From contig CAZPHE010000002.1 in NCBI GenBank assembly GCA_964586315.1, forward strand, positions 31,706 through 95,705: a DNA stretch of 64,000 nucleotides. Direction: 5' to 3'. How positions within the stretch are numbered: the first letter of the stretch is position 1; each line of letters opens with the position of its first letter. Below, piece by piece: positions 9,977 through 19,595 of the stretch. Source of the DNA: an uncultured bacterium. Its GTDB lineage: Bacteria; Fidelibacterota; Marinisomatia; Marinisomatales; UBA1611. Under the pieces are notes generated by a model, which had not been told where the DNA came from, did no database searches, and saw only the letters and a program-made list of their open reading frames with translations. The position numbers were made by a program, and so were the translations under genes.

Positions 9977-11050
9977 ATGAATGAGAAAAGTACTGATATT
10001 AAATCAGTTGTAGTAAAAATTATAACTGATAAACCTGTTCGAAAAACACCTTATCAAGTTAAAGGTGTCTTTATGCGCCAATATCCTGATGAACCGATTA
10101 TTCCAATGTTGGATGGGTCATACCGTGATAAATTTTTATATCCTCGTGTCCAAGTTAAAATATTAAATGAGCAAATTTATATTATTGGAATCCACGAAGG
10201 TGTAGATACTATTTTGTCTGCAACTAAAAAATTTAAACAATTTGATTTTGGAAACATAACTTTTACAGTTCAAGATTATGATATAGAAAGATTAAACAAT
10301 CAATTTATCCCGTCTGATCGTCCCTTAAGATATCGTTTTATCACTCCTTGGGTTGCACTTAATCATATGACAGGTGGAAAGTATCGGCTTTTGAGCAATA
10401 AAGAAAAACCATCATATTTAAATAAACTTTTGGGTCAAAATCTAATTTTTTTAGCAAATGAAGTTGGGATAAACATTGAAAAAGAAATTTTTTCAAAAGT
10501 TAAAGTTAAAAGCCTGTTTCCAAAACCAATTGATGAAAATAAATGGGGCGCATTTAGGGGGGAATTCAAAACAAATTTTGTTTTACCTAATTATATTGGT
10601 GTGGGTAATGGCATCACTCGTGGTTTTGGTACAATTTATAGCATGTTTAACCCAGAATCTTTTTCTTTTGATGAAACACAATTAAAAAAAGATGTAAAAA
10701 GCCAAGCTGAAGAAACCATTAATGATAAAGAAATGGAAAAAATATCAGTCTCGGATGTGCCAAAACCAAAAAGGAAACGTCTTCAAACTAAATATAATAA
10801 AGGCAAAAAGAATAAAGGAAAAAGTTTTCAAGCAGATCAAAGTTATAAAAGGGGAAAAAATTACCACAAAAGAAAACGTTCTAAATCGAAAGAGAAAGGG
10901 CATTCTAATAATTACCGATTTCGAAAATCTGGGAATATTTTTTCAGAAGAATATGATATAGAAGAAGTTAATAATATTAATAAAGAAGGATCTAAAGACG
11001 ACCAAAGATTTAACACAGAACAACATCATAAAAAGCAACATAAGTTTTGA
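9977..11050 (+). CDS. Cas6-like (RAMP/ferredoxin-fold, DUF2276-type) protein with a ~130-aa Lys/Arg-rich C-terminal tail; no CRISPR context
   Basis: Glycine-rich loop 'GVGNGITRGFG' fits the Cas6 consensus G-h-G-x5-G-h-G near the end of a ~225-aa globular part. 'YPRVQVK' resembles the Cas6/DUF2276 'YP-x-IQ-x-K' strand. The tail is 'KPKRKRLQTKYNKGKKNKGK...KRKRSKSKEK'. Confidence 0.5.
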   Translation: MNEKSTDIKSVVVKIITDKPVRKTPYQVKGVFMRQYPDEPIIPMLDGSYRDKFLYPRVQVKILNEQIYIIGIHEGVDTILSATKKFKQFDFGNITFTVQDYDIERLNNQFIPSDRPLRYRFITPWVALNHMTGGKYRLLSNKEKPSYLNKLLGQNLIFLANEVGINIEKEIFSKVKVKSLFPKPIDENKWGAFRGEFKTNFVLPNYIGVGNGITRGFGTIYSMFNPESFSFDETQLKKDVKSQAEETINDKEMEKISVSDVPKPKRKRLQTKYNKGKKNKGKSFQADQSYKRGKNYHKRKRSKSKEKGHSNNYRFRKSGNIFSEEYDIEEVNNINKEGSKDDQRFNTEQHHKKQHKF

Positions 11051-12249
11051 TTTATAAACTTTCTGAAAGAGTAAAAAAAATACAACCATCTTTTACTCTA
11101 CAAATGGCAACAGTAGCAGCTAATATGCGTTCTAAAGGGATAGATATAATTAATTTTTCTGTAGGAGAGCCAGATTTTAATACACCATCCCATATTATAC
11201 ATGCTGGTCAATTAGCGATGGATGAAGGATATACAAAGTATACAGCAGGCCCCGGTATGATAGAATTTAGAAAAGCTATCTGTGAAAAACTGATGCGAGA
11301 AAATGGTATTATTTATGATCCTGAAGATATATTAGTCTCAAACGGGGAAAAACAGAGTTTATACACAGCGTGCCAGGCATTGTTTGGGCGTGGAGATGCT
11401 GTATTTGTATGTAGACCTTATTGGGTATCTTTTCCTGAGTTTATAAGACTTTCTGATGCGGAGCCGATTTTTATTAATACATTAGCACAACAGAATTTTG
11501 AACCAGACTTTGAGAATCTTTGTTCTAAGATTAAAAACAATGTGAAAGGCATTATTATTAACTCACCATCAAATCCAACTGGTGGAATTTGGAGTGCAGA
11601 AGCAATAATTAAATTATTAAAAATTGCTAAAGATCATAATTGGGTGATTATATCCGACGAATGTTACGAACGTTTAGTTTATGAAGGAGATTTCATTAGT
11701 ACTGAAAAATTAAATCGAGATCATAGTATTAATGCATTAGTAGTTACTTGTATGAGTCTTTCAAAAACTTATGCAATGACAGGTTGGCGTATTGGTTACG
11801 CTGCAGGACCAAGAGAAATTATTAAGTCAATGTCAAAACTCCAAGGTCAGGCAACCTCTTGCGCAAATTCAATAGGTCAAATGGCTGGTATAGCAGCCTT
11901 AAAAAGTAGTCAAAAATGTGTAGAAAAAATGAAAAAATCATTTTTAGAAAGAAGAGATTTAATGGTTAATCTTTTAAATCAATTGCCAGGTGTTTCGTGT
12001 TCTACGCCTCAGGGCGCGTTTTATGCTTTTCCTGATTTTAGCTCATATTTAAATAAATTAGGTGATGGTAAGTTATTGAAAGATACTTTTGATATTTCAG
12101 AGTATATTCTACGTTCTGTTAATGTGGTTACTGTCCCCGGTGATGGTTTTGGAAGCAAGGGGCACATACGTTTTTCTTATGCCACTAGTAAAGATATAAT
12201 AAAACATGGCATTGAACAAGTTGCCATTGCTTTAAAAAAAATTGTTTAA
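11047..12249 (+). CDS. aspartate/aromatic aminotransferase (class I PLP-dependent)
   Basis: 'NFSVGEPDF', 'INSPSNPTG', PLP-lysine motif 'SLSKTYAMTGWRIGY'. TTG start overlaps the upstream stop. Confidence 0.85.
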   Translation: MIYKLSERVKKIQPSFTLQMATVAANMRSKGIDIINFSVGEPDFNTPSHIIHAGQLAMDEGYTKYTAGPGMIEFRKAICEKLMRENGIIYDPEDILVSNGEKQSLYTACQALFGRGDAVFVCRPYWVSFPEFIRLSDAEPIFINTLAQQNFEPDFENLCSKIKNNVKGIIINSPSNPTGGIWSAEAIIKLLKIAKDHNWVIISDECYERLVYEGDFISTEKLNRDHSINALVVTCMSLSKTYAMTGWRIGYAAGPREIIKSMSKLQGQATSCANSIGQMAGIAALKSSQKCVEKMKKSFLERRDLMVNLLNQLPGVSCSTPQGAFYAFPDFSSYLNKLGDGKLLKDTFDISEYILRSVNVVTVPGDGFGSKGHIRFSYATSKDIIKHGIEQVAIALKKIV

Positions 12250-12263
12250 TTTAGGAGTACCCA

Positions 12264-12512
12264 ATGAAAAAAGATGTTCATCCAAGTAATTATAGATTGG
12301 TTGTATTTAAAGATACATCTTGCGAATATGCTTTTTTAACTAAGTCAACAGTAGATACAAAAGAAACAATTAAGTGGGATGATGGTAATGAATACCCTTT
12401 ATTTAAGATTGAAATTTCAAATAAATCTCATCCGTTTTTTACAGGTAAACAGAATCTTGTTGATACAGCTGGACGTATAGAAAAATTCAATAAAAAATAC
12501 GGTCGTAAATAA
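12264..12512 (+). CDS. rpmE: 50S ribosomal protein L31, type B (no Zn-ribbon cysteines)
   Basis: '[17 protein letters not shown]...[25 protein letters not shown]'. SD 'taGGAGtacccaATG'. Confidence 0.9.
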   Translation: MKKDVHPSNYRLVVFKDTSCEYAFLTKSTVDTKETIKWDDGNEYPLFKIEISNKSHPFFTGKQNLVDTAGRIEKFNKKYGRK

Positions 12513-12662
12513 ACAAGTTGTTTTCTAATTTGGCTCTTTAAAGTTAACGCTAATCTAACTGAGTCAATTTTGTTAAAAGGCGTGAAAATGAAACCAATTA
12601 CTTTCTTTTGTGAAAGTGAATTTCTAGGCAGTACAATTATATGTGCATTGAATACTTGTTAG

Positions 12663-12698
12663 ATTATTATAAATATTTCATTGAATATTTATAATAAT
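12663..12698. repeat. perfect 15-bp inverted repeat (hairpin) with a 6-nt loop in the rpmE-prfA spacer
   Basis: 'ATTATTATAAATATT tcattg AATATTTATAATAAT'. The arms at 12663-12677 and 12684-12698 are exact reverse complements. It is AT-only and has no adjacent T-tract. Confidence 0.8.
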
Positions 12699-12804
12699 GC
12701 TCATCAAATATTAAACACGTCTATTTTTTGGGAGAGCACACTTTTTTATTGTATTTAATTAAAGAATCTGAATTGTGGAATAAACATATTATTGAGGTTA
12801 TAAA

Positions 12805-13872
12805 TTGAGAAAAAAACTCAATGCGATTATAGAAAAGTATAACAATCTTTCGGAAAAAATGGCAGATCCAGCTATTTTATCAAACCAAAACCAATTAACG
12901 TCAATTGCAAAAGAACATCGTTCATTAGAAAATGTTGTTAAGATAAGTAAAGCTTATATTAATGTATTAGATCAGCTGGATGAAGTGAAAGAAATGCTTA
13001 ATGAAAAAGATGACGAATTACGTAAAATGGCAGAAGAAGAACTAAATGTCTTAGGAATAAAAAAATCTAGATTTGAAGAAAAAATTAAATTATTATTATT
13101 ACCTAAAGATCCAAATGATGATAAAAATCTTATCTTAGAGATTCGAGCCGGAACAGGAGGTGATGAAGCCGCACTTTTTGCATCAGATTTATTTAGGATT
13201 TATATGCGTTATGCAGAAAGAAAAAATTGGAATTATAAAATAATGGATTCTTCTGAAACGGGAATTGGAGGGATTAAAGAAGCAATTGTATCTATTCAAG
13301 GAAATGGAGCGTTTGGATTATTAAAATACGAAAGTGGAGTACATCGTGTTCAAAGAGTTCCTAAAACTGAAACTAGCGGTCGTGTGCATACTTCTGCTGC
13401 TACTATTGCAGTTCTTCCAGAAGCTGAAGATGTAGATATCGAAGTAAATGATTCAGACCTAAAAATTGATACATATCGCGCGAGTGGCGCCGGTGGTCAG
13501 CATGTAAATAAAACAGAATCTGCAATTAGAATCACCCATATACCTACGGGTATGGTAGTAACCTGTCAAGATGAATCATCACAGCATAAAAATCGAGCTG
13601 CGGCCCTGAAAGTATTAAAAGCAAGATTGCTCGTTTCTGAACAAGAAAAAGCTGCTGCAGAACGCGCTGCAGAGCGTAAAAGTTTGGTGTCAACAGGAGA
13701 TAGATCTGCAAAAATTAGAACTTATAATTTTCCACAAGGGAGAGTGACGGATCATCGAATTAATTTTACATCATATCGTTTGAATGAAGTATTAGACGGT
13801 GATCTTAATGAAGTAATTGAAAAACTTAAAATTGCAGAACAGCAAGAGCTGATGGCTTCTGATATTTATTAG
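12805..13872 (+). CDS. prfA: peptide chain release factor 1
   Basis: GGQ motif 'SGAGGQHVNKTESAIRITHIPTG' and RF1-type length and N-terminus. TTG start. Confidence 0.95.
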   Translation: MRKKLNAIIEKYNNLSEKMADPAILSNQNQLTSIAKEHRSLENVVKISKAYINVLDQLDEVKEMLNEKDDELRKMAEEELNVLGIKKSRFEEKIKLLLLPKDPNDDKNLILEIRAGTGGDEAALFASDLFRIYMRYAERKNWNYKIMDSSETGIGGIKEAIVSIQGNGAFGLLKYESGVHRVQRVPKTETSGRVHTSAATIAVLPEAEDVDIEVNDSDLKIDTYRASGAGGQHVNKTESAIRITHIPTGMVVTCQDESSQHKNRAAALKVLKARLLVSEQEKAAAERAAERKSLVSTGDRSAKIRTYNFPQGRVTDHRINFTSYRLNEVLDGDLNEVIEKLKIAEQQELMASDIY

Positions 13873-13912
13873 AAATTATAATGTTCAACCAACAGATTGT
13901 TATATTATAATA

Positions 13913-14767
13913 ATGTCAGAATTATGGCGTATTATTGATTTAATTAAATGGGCAGAATCCTATTTTAAAAAAAAAAATATTAGTAATCCAAAATCAGAAA
14001 TTGAATGGCTTTTATGCTCTTTATTAGGATATAGTAAGTTAGATCTTTATTTAAAATTTGAAGAACAGATAACTAAAGCTAACCTTACCATTTTACGAAG
14101 TTGGGTAAAACGAAGACTCAATAATGAACCCCTACAATATATAACTAAATCATGCTATTTTTATGGTAGAAAATTTTTTATTACACCAGATGTCCTTATT
14201 CCTAGACCAGAGACAGAACGAATAGTTGACATAGCAATAAAAAAAATAAATGAAATTAAATCCCCTCAAATTTTAGATATAGGCACAGGTTCTGGTTGCA
14301 TTGCGTCTACGTTAGCATTGGAACGCCCTGATTCTAATGTTTGGGGTATTGATATTTCACCTAATGCTATAAAAATAGCTAATGAAAATAAATCTATTTT
14401 TTTATTAAATAATGTTGAGTTTTTAATTATGAATATTTTGAAAGAGCATCCAAAAAGAAAATTTGATTTGATAGTTTCAAACCCTCCTTATATTCCAAAA
14501 GAAGATATAAGAAATCTTATGAAAGATGTGAAAAATTTTGAACCTCATATTGCCCTAACAGATCAAAAAGATGGGCTTACATTTTATAGACGTTTATCAA
14601 AAATTGGTAAAACTAATTTAAAGCTAGGAAGCTGGATAATAATAGAAGTAGGACAAGGAGATCATCCCGAAGCTTCAAAATCTTTATTTGATCAATCACA
14701 ATATTTAAATGTTTCACTTATTAAAGATTATAATGGAGACAATCGAGTATTGATTGCCCAAGTTTAA
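13913..14767 (+). CDS. prmC: release-factor glutamine N5-methyltransferase
   Basis: SAM motif 'ILDIGTGSGCIA' and catalytic 'SNPPYIP'. Conserved prfA-prmC synteny. Confidence 0.9.
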   Translation: MSELWRIIDLIKWAESYFKKKNISNPKSEIEWLLCSLLGYSKLDLYLKFEEQITKANLTILRSWVKRRLNNEPLQYITKSCYFYGRKFFITPDVLIPRPETERIVDIAIKKINEIKSPQILDIGTGSGCIASTLALERPDSNVWGIDISPNAIKIANENKSIFLLNNVEFLIMNILKEHPKRKFDLIVSNPPYIPKEDIRNLMKDVKNFEPHIALTDQKDGLTFYRRLSKIGKTNLKLGSWIIIEVGQGDHPEASKSLFDQSQYLNVSLIKDYNGDNRVLIAQV

Positions 14768-14814
14768 ATGAAAATTAAATTGAAAATATCGTTTTAGAAA
14801 TTTTTTAAAAAACT

Positions 14815-15657
14815 ATGCAAAAGATATTTTATTATATAAAATTATTGCGCCCTTTTAATATTATTATTTCTAGCTTTGCTATGCTAACTGCTTCAGCAAT
14901 TTTGGATGGCTTAAATAATACTACAACTGTTTTTTTAGTAATATTAGTTGTTGTTAATTATGCAGCAGGTGCAAATGCCCTTAATGATGCAATCGATTCT
15001 GAAATTGATTTAATCAATTGTCCCACTAGACCTATACCTAGCGGAATGATCAGCAAAAAAGAAGCATTAATAATTTCTTTTTTGTGTTTTTCATTGGGTA
15101 CCGTTTTTTGTCTTAGATTACCTGAACCAGCAAAGGTGATTGGAATAATTGTTTCTATGCCACTTTTGATACTATATAATACTCATTTAAAAGGTATGCC
15201 GTTAATTGGTAATATTGTTGTTTCTATGATTCTTGGATTATCCTTTTTATTCTGTGGTGCCGCACATGCAAAGATTAGCCCTATGTGGCTACCCATGGTA
15301 TTGGCTTTTGGACTTACGTTATTGAGAGAATTAATAAAAGACATAGCAGATCTGAAAGGTGATCTTTCTGCAGGGCTTGCTACTTTCCCAATTACCGCTG
15401 GTGTTGAAAAATCTATTAGACTGTTTATAATATTATCAATCTGTATTGGAATATTTATATTATTTCCATATTTTGATGGTAAATATGGAATTTGGTATGG
15501 AATTATTGTATTTATAGGCGTTGAGATTCCTCTAATGATAGTTGTAGCTTTATTCATATTTAAACCAGGGATTCCATCGGCAAATCTTGGAGCTAAAATA
15601 TTAAAGGTCAGCACCTTGATGGGTCTAATTGCCATATATGCAGGATATAAATTATGA
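14815..15657 (+). CDS. UbiA-family prenyltransferase resembling digeranylgeranylglyceryl-phosphate (DGGGP) synthase
   Basis: Asp-rich motifs 'NALNDAIDSEIDLINCPTRPIPSG' and 'RELIKDIADLKGD'. About 8-9 TM helices in 280 aa. The stop overlaps the dnaE start (ATGATG). Confidence 0.75.
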   Translation: MQKIFYYIKLLRPFNIIISSFAMLTASAILDGLNNTTTVFLVILVVVNYAAGANALNDAIDSEIDLINCPTRPIPSGMISKKEALIISFLCFSLGTVFCLRLPEPAKVIGIIVSMPLLILYNTHLKGMPLIGNIVVSMILGLSFLFCGAAHAKISPMWLPMVLAFGLTLLRELIKDIADLKGDLSAGLATFPITAGVEKSIRLFIILSICIGIFILFPYFDGKYGIWYGIIVFIGVEIPLMIVVALFIFKPGIPSANLGAKILKVSTLMGLIAIYAGYKL

Positions 15658-18600
15658 TGTCAGAGTTTGTTCATTTACACAACCATTCCGATTATAGCCT
15701 TTTAGATGGTGCTCAAAGGATAGATCAATTAGTAAATACTATTGATGACCTAAATATGGATGCTGTGGCTTTGACAGAACATGGTAATATGTTTAGTGTG
15801 TTACCTTATTATAAGGAAGCTAAGCGAGCTGGAATAAAACCAATTATTGGTTGTGAAATATATGTAGCAGTTGGATCAAGATTTGAAAAAAAACCTCGAG
15901 TTGAAGGAGGTTGGGGGAATAATCATCTTATTTTGCTTGCACAAAATTATACAGGTTATAAAAATCTTATGAAATTGGTAACGGCAGGTTATTTAGATGG
16001 TTTTTATTATCGACCTAGAATTGATATCGATTTATTGCGTCAATTTAATGATGGTCTAATTTGTATGTCTGCATGTTTAAAGGGTGTGGTCCCAGAAAAA
16101 ATGCTAAATGGTGACTATGAAGGGGCAAAAAAAGAAGCACTGGTATTCTCAGAAATTTTTCCAGGACGATACTTTTTAGAGATTCAAAATCACGGGATCG
16201 CTGAAGAAGAAGCTAATATTCGCAATATGAAAAAATTATCTGATGAATTAAATCTCCCATTGGTTTGCACAAATGATGCTCACTATGCAAAGAAAGATCA
16301 TTGGGAAGCCCACGATATACATATTTGTTTAGGGACTGGTAAGGAGCGGAATGACCCGAATAGATTAAGGTATGCAACACCTGAATTTTATTTCAAATCG
16401 CAAGATGAAATGTATGCTCTATTCAAAGATTTTCCTGAATCAATCGAAAACACTAGAAAAATTGCAGATAGTATTGATATGACTTTACCTATAGGAGAAT
16501 CCCACCTCCCTAATTTCCCGATTCCGGATAAAGCATTAACTAATGACCCTAATGAATATTTAAGGCAACTTAGTGAGTCAGGTGCGGAGTTAAAATATGG
16601 TGATTTAAGTCCAGAGGTAAAAAAGCGCCTAGACCATGAACTGAAAGTTATTCAAAATATGGGTTTTGCCGGATACTTTTTAATTACAGCTGATTTCGTA
16701 AAATATGCTAAGGATTCAAGTATACCAGTTGGTCCAGGACGTGGGTCTGCGGCAGGCAGTCTTGTATCATATGCTTTAGGTATTACTAGCATTGACCCCT
16801 TAAAACATAATTTATTATTTGAAAGATTTCTTAATCCAGATCGTATCAGTATGCCGGATATAGATATTGATTTTTGTATTGAACGTCGAAGCGAGGTTAT
16901 AAATTATATAAAAGATCAATATGGAGAAAATTCAGTAACACAAATAATTACTTTTGGTAAAATGAAAGCAAAACAAGTTGTAAGAGATGTGGGTAGAGTG
17001 ATGGGTTATTCTTTTACAGAAGTTGATAAAATTGCTAAAGCTATCCCGAATGAATTAAATATTTCTCTTGAAAGAGCATTAGAAAAAAGTTCTGAATTAA
17101 AAAGAATGTCAGAAGGTGAATATCAAGAATTAATCACACATTCAAAAGTTTTAGAGGGAATGAATCGTCATGCATCTATTCATGCTGCAGGAGTGGTAAT
17201 AGCCCCCGGTGATTTAACTGACTTTATTCCCCTATATAAATCTACAACGAATGATATTACTAGCCAGTATGATATGAAGGGCTTAGAGGAATTAGGCCTA
17301 CTGAAAATGGATTTCCTAGGTTTACGCAATCTTACAGTTATCAACAAAGCAATAAAATTAATAGAGAAAGGAGGACAATCTGTATATCTTGAAAAATTAC
17401 CTTTGGATGATGAAGAGGTTTATAAATTGTTTGCCAAAGGACATACAATAGGGGTTTTCCAATTTGAATCTTCTGGTATGAGGGAGTTTTTAAAAAAACT
17501 CGAGCCTACAATATTAGGTGATTTAATAGCAATGAACGCTTTATACCGTCCAGGTCCCATGGAAAACATCGATAATTTTATTGCACGTAAACATGGTAAA
17601 AAAAATATAGTATATCCACATCCTTTGATGGAACCAATCTTAAAAGAAACTTATGGAATTATTGTATATCAAGAACAAGTAATGCAAATAGCACATGAAA
17701 TTGCGGGTTTCACATTAGCTGAAGCAGATATAATGCGCAGAGCAATGGGGAAAAAAATTAAATCGTTAATGGATGAACTAGCCTTGAAATTTGTAGTTGG
17801 AGCAGAAAAGAAGGGAATCAAGAAAAAAAAAGCAGGAGAAATTTTTTCTCTTATCGAAAAATTTGCACAATATGGATTTAATAAAAGCCATTCGACAGCC
17901 TATGCCTATATCGCTTATCAAACCGCGTGGTTAAAAGTGCATTACCCAGCTGAATTCATGAGCGCAAATTTAACTAGTGAAATGTCAAATATCGATCGCG
18001 TAGTTGTATTAATAAATGAATGTAAAAAAATGGGTATTAAAGTAACACCACCGGATATAAATGTTTCTGTTAAAGATTTTAAACCTATTGATAACACATC
18101 AATTTCTTATGGATTAAATGCAATTAAAAATGTTGGTTCAAAAGCTCTAGATATAATAATTAATGAAAGAGCAAAAACCGGTGCATTTATATCAATTTTT
18201 GATCTTTGTGCTAGAGTAGATCAACAAAAAGTTAATAAACGTGTTATTGAAAGTTTGATCTTATCTGGAAGTTTTGATTCTATTGATGGTAATAGAGCTC
18301 AAAATTTTGCAGCTGTAGATGAAGCGGTTAAATATGGGCAGCAAATGCAAATTAAAAAGAATAAAAATCAAGTTGATCTTTTTGGATCTGAAGCTGACCA
18401 AGGTGCACTAATCAAAATACCTAAATTAATGCAATTAGATGAATGGTCAGAAAAAGATTCACTTGCAAAAGAATTAGAAGTTCTAGGTCTCTATGTTTCT
18501 GGGCATCCTTTATTAGAGCATGCTGAAAATCTTGAAGAATTCACTAATATTTTATTTGAAGAGGGTCAGGAGTTTTCTAGTAATGATAAGATTACGCTTG

Positions 18601-19088
18601 GTGGTATGATAACAAAAATTGTGACACGTTTTGACCGAAGAAATCGTGAAATGGCCTTTTTTGATATGGACTGTCTTGGTGGTCATGCTGAAATAGTAGT
18701 ATTCAGTGATTATTATAAGTCTTTTGAAAATTTAATTGTTGAAGGAAATGTTGTTTTTGTGAAAGGAAACCCTTCTGATACATCTGATTTTTCAGATTTA
18801 AAACTTATTTGCAATGAAATTATACCTGTAGATAAGGTTCGGGACCTACTTTCGCAAAAAATAAATATCAAATTTCCGACAGGTTCAGTTGAACCAACTG
18901 ATATTGATGAATTAATGATAATATGTAAAGAGTATCGTGGAAATTGTAAATTGATTTTTCATTTGCCAAATGCAAAGTCCACCCGCCCTTTGAAAGTTTT
19001 AGCCCACAATATTCTAGTTTCATCAGAAAGTAATTTTTTAAAAAAACTTAGATCCAAATATGGTAAGGATAATATTTGGGTAGAATAG
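15654..19088 (+). CDS. dnaE: DNA polymerase III alpha subunit
   Basis: PHP domain 'FVHLHNHSDYSLLDG', 'PDIDIDF' and 'GFNKSHSTAYA' in a 1144-aa protein with a C-terminal OB fold. Confidence 0.97.
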   Translation: MMSEFVHLHNHSDYSLLDGAQRIDQLVNTIDDLNMDAVALTEHGNMFSVLPYYKEAKRAGIKPIIGCEIYVAVGSRFEKKPRVEGGWGNNHLILLAQNYTGYKNLMKLVTAGYLDGFYYRPRIDIDLLRQFNDGLICMSACLKGVVPEKMLNGDYEGAKKEALVFSEIFPGRYFLEIQNHGIAEEEANIRNMKKLSDELNLPLVCTNDAHYAKKDHWEAHDIHICLGTGKERNDPNRLRYATPEFYFKSQDEMYALFKDFPESIENTRKIADSIDMTLPIGESHLPNFPIPDKALTNDPNEYLRQLSESGAELKYGDLSPEVKKRLDHELKVIQNMGFAGYFLITADFVKYAKDSSIPVGPGRGSAAGSLVSYALGITSIDPLKHNLLFERFLNPDRISMPDIDIDFCIERRSEVINYIKDQYGENSVTQIITFGKMKAKQVVRDVGRVMGYSFTEVDKIAKAIPNELNISLERALEKSSELKRMSEGEYQELITHSKVLEGMNRHASIHAAGVVIAPGDLTDFIPLYKSTTNDITSQYDMKGLEELGLLKMDFLGLRNLTVINKAIKLIEKGGQSVYLEKLPLDDEEVYKLFAKGHTIGVFQFESSGMREFLKKLEPTILGDLIAMNALYRPGPMENIDNFIARKHGKKNIVYPHPLMEPILKETYGIIVYQEQVMQIAHEIAGFTLAEADIMRRAMGKKIKSLMDELALKFVVGAEKKGIKKKKAGEIFSLIEKFAQYGFNKSHSTAYAYIAYQTAWLKVHYPAEFMSANLTSEMSNIDRVVVLINECKKMGIKVTPPDINVSVKDFKPIDNTSISYGLNAIKNVGSKALDIIINERAKTGAFISIFDLCARVDQQKVNKRVIESLILSGSFDSIDGNRAQNFAAVDEAVKYGQQMQIKKNKNQVDLFGSEADQGALIKIPKLMQLDEWSEKDSLAKELEVLGLYVSGHPLLEHAENLEEFTNILFEEGQEFSSNDKITLGGMITKIVTRFDRRNREMAFFDMDCLGGHAEIVVFSDYYKSFENLIVEGNVVFVKGNPSDTSDFSDLKLICNEIIPVDKVRDLLSQKINIKFPTGSVEPTDIDELMIICKEYRGNCKLIFHLPNAKSTRPLKVLAHNILVSSESNFLKKLRSKYGKDNIWVE

Positions 19089-19091
19089 CTG

Positions 19092-19544
19092 ATGGTTGCT
19101 CTTATACAAAGATGTAGTCGCGCCAATGTAAAAGTAAATGATCATATTATTGGTCAGATAGGAAATGGTTTTTTGGTTTTACTGGGCATTCATAAAGAAG
19201 ACCAAAAAAGGGATGCTGATTATTTGGTAAAAAAGATATCATTATTACGAATATTTAATGATGATAATAATAAAATGAACTTATCAATTAAAGAAGTCAA
19301 AGGGTCAATCCTTGTTATAAGTCAATTCACTCTATGCAGTAATATAAAAAAAGGTAATAGACCTAGCTATATTAATGCTGCTCCAGCAGATAAAAGTAAG
19401 CAACTTTATAAATATTTTATTTCTTTATTATTAGATAAAAACCTTCCTGTCCAATCAGGAAAATTTGGAGGGGCAATGAATGTTGAACTTGTTAATCAGG
19501 GACCTGCTACCTTTATATTAGATAGTAGGGTCCAAACTTTCTAA
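19092..19544 (+). CDS. dtd: D-aminoacyl-tRNA deacylase
   Basis: 150 aa. 'VALIQR...', 'ISQFTL' and 'GNRPS' are Dtd motifs. Confidence 0.9.
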   Translation: MVALIQRCSRANVKVNDHIIGQIGNGFLVLLGIHKEDQKRDADYLVKKISLLRIFNDDNNKMNLSIKEVKGSILVISQFTLCSNIKKGNRPSYINAAPADKSKQLYKYFISLLLDKNLPVQSGKFGGAMNVELVNQGPATFILDSRVQTF

Positions 19545-19595
19545 TAATGAATCTAGGTTATGAACTAAATTGCCAGACCATTAATTTATACTCTT

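Noticed and set aside
10476-10961. Two alternative-frame plus-strand ORFs (10476-10685, 10722-10961) inside the Cas6-like gene.
   Set aside because: They are frame shadows of an A-rich coding region. The main frame is continuous from the globular domain, through the G-loop, and into the tail.
15183-15635. A 150-aa antisense ORF opposite the UbiA-family gene.
   Set aside because: The sense frame carries both Asp-rich prenyltransferase motifs. The antisense product has no recognisable features.
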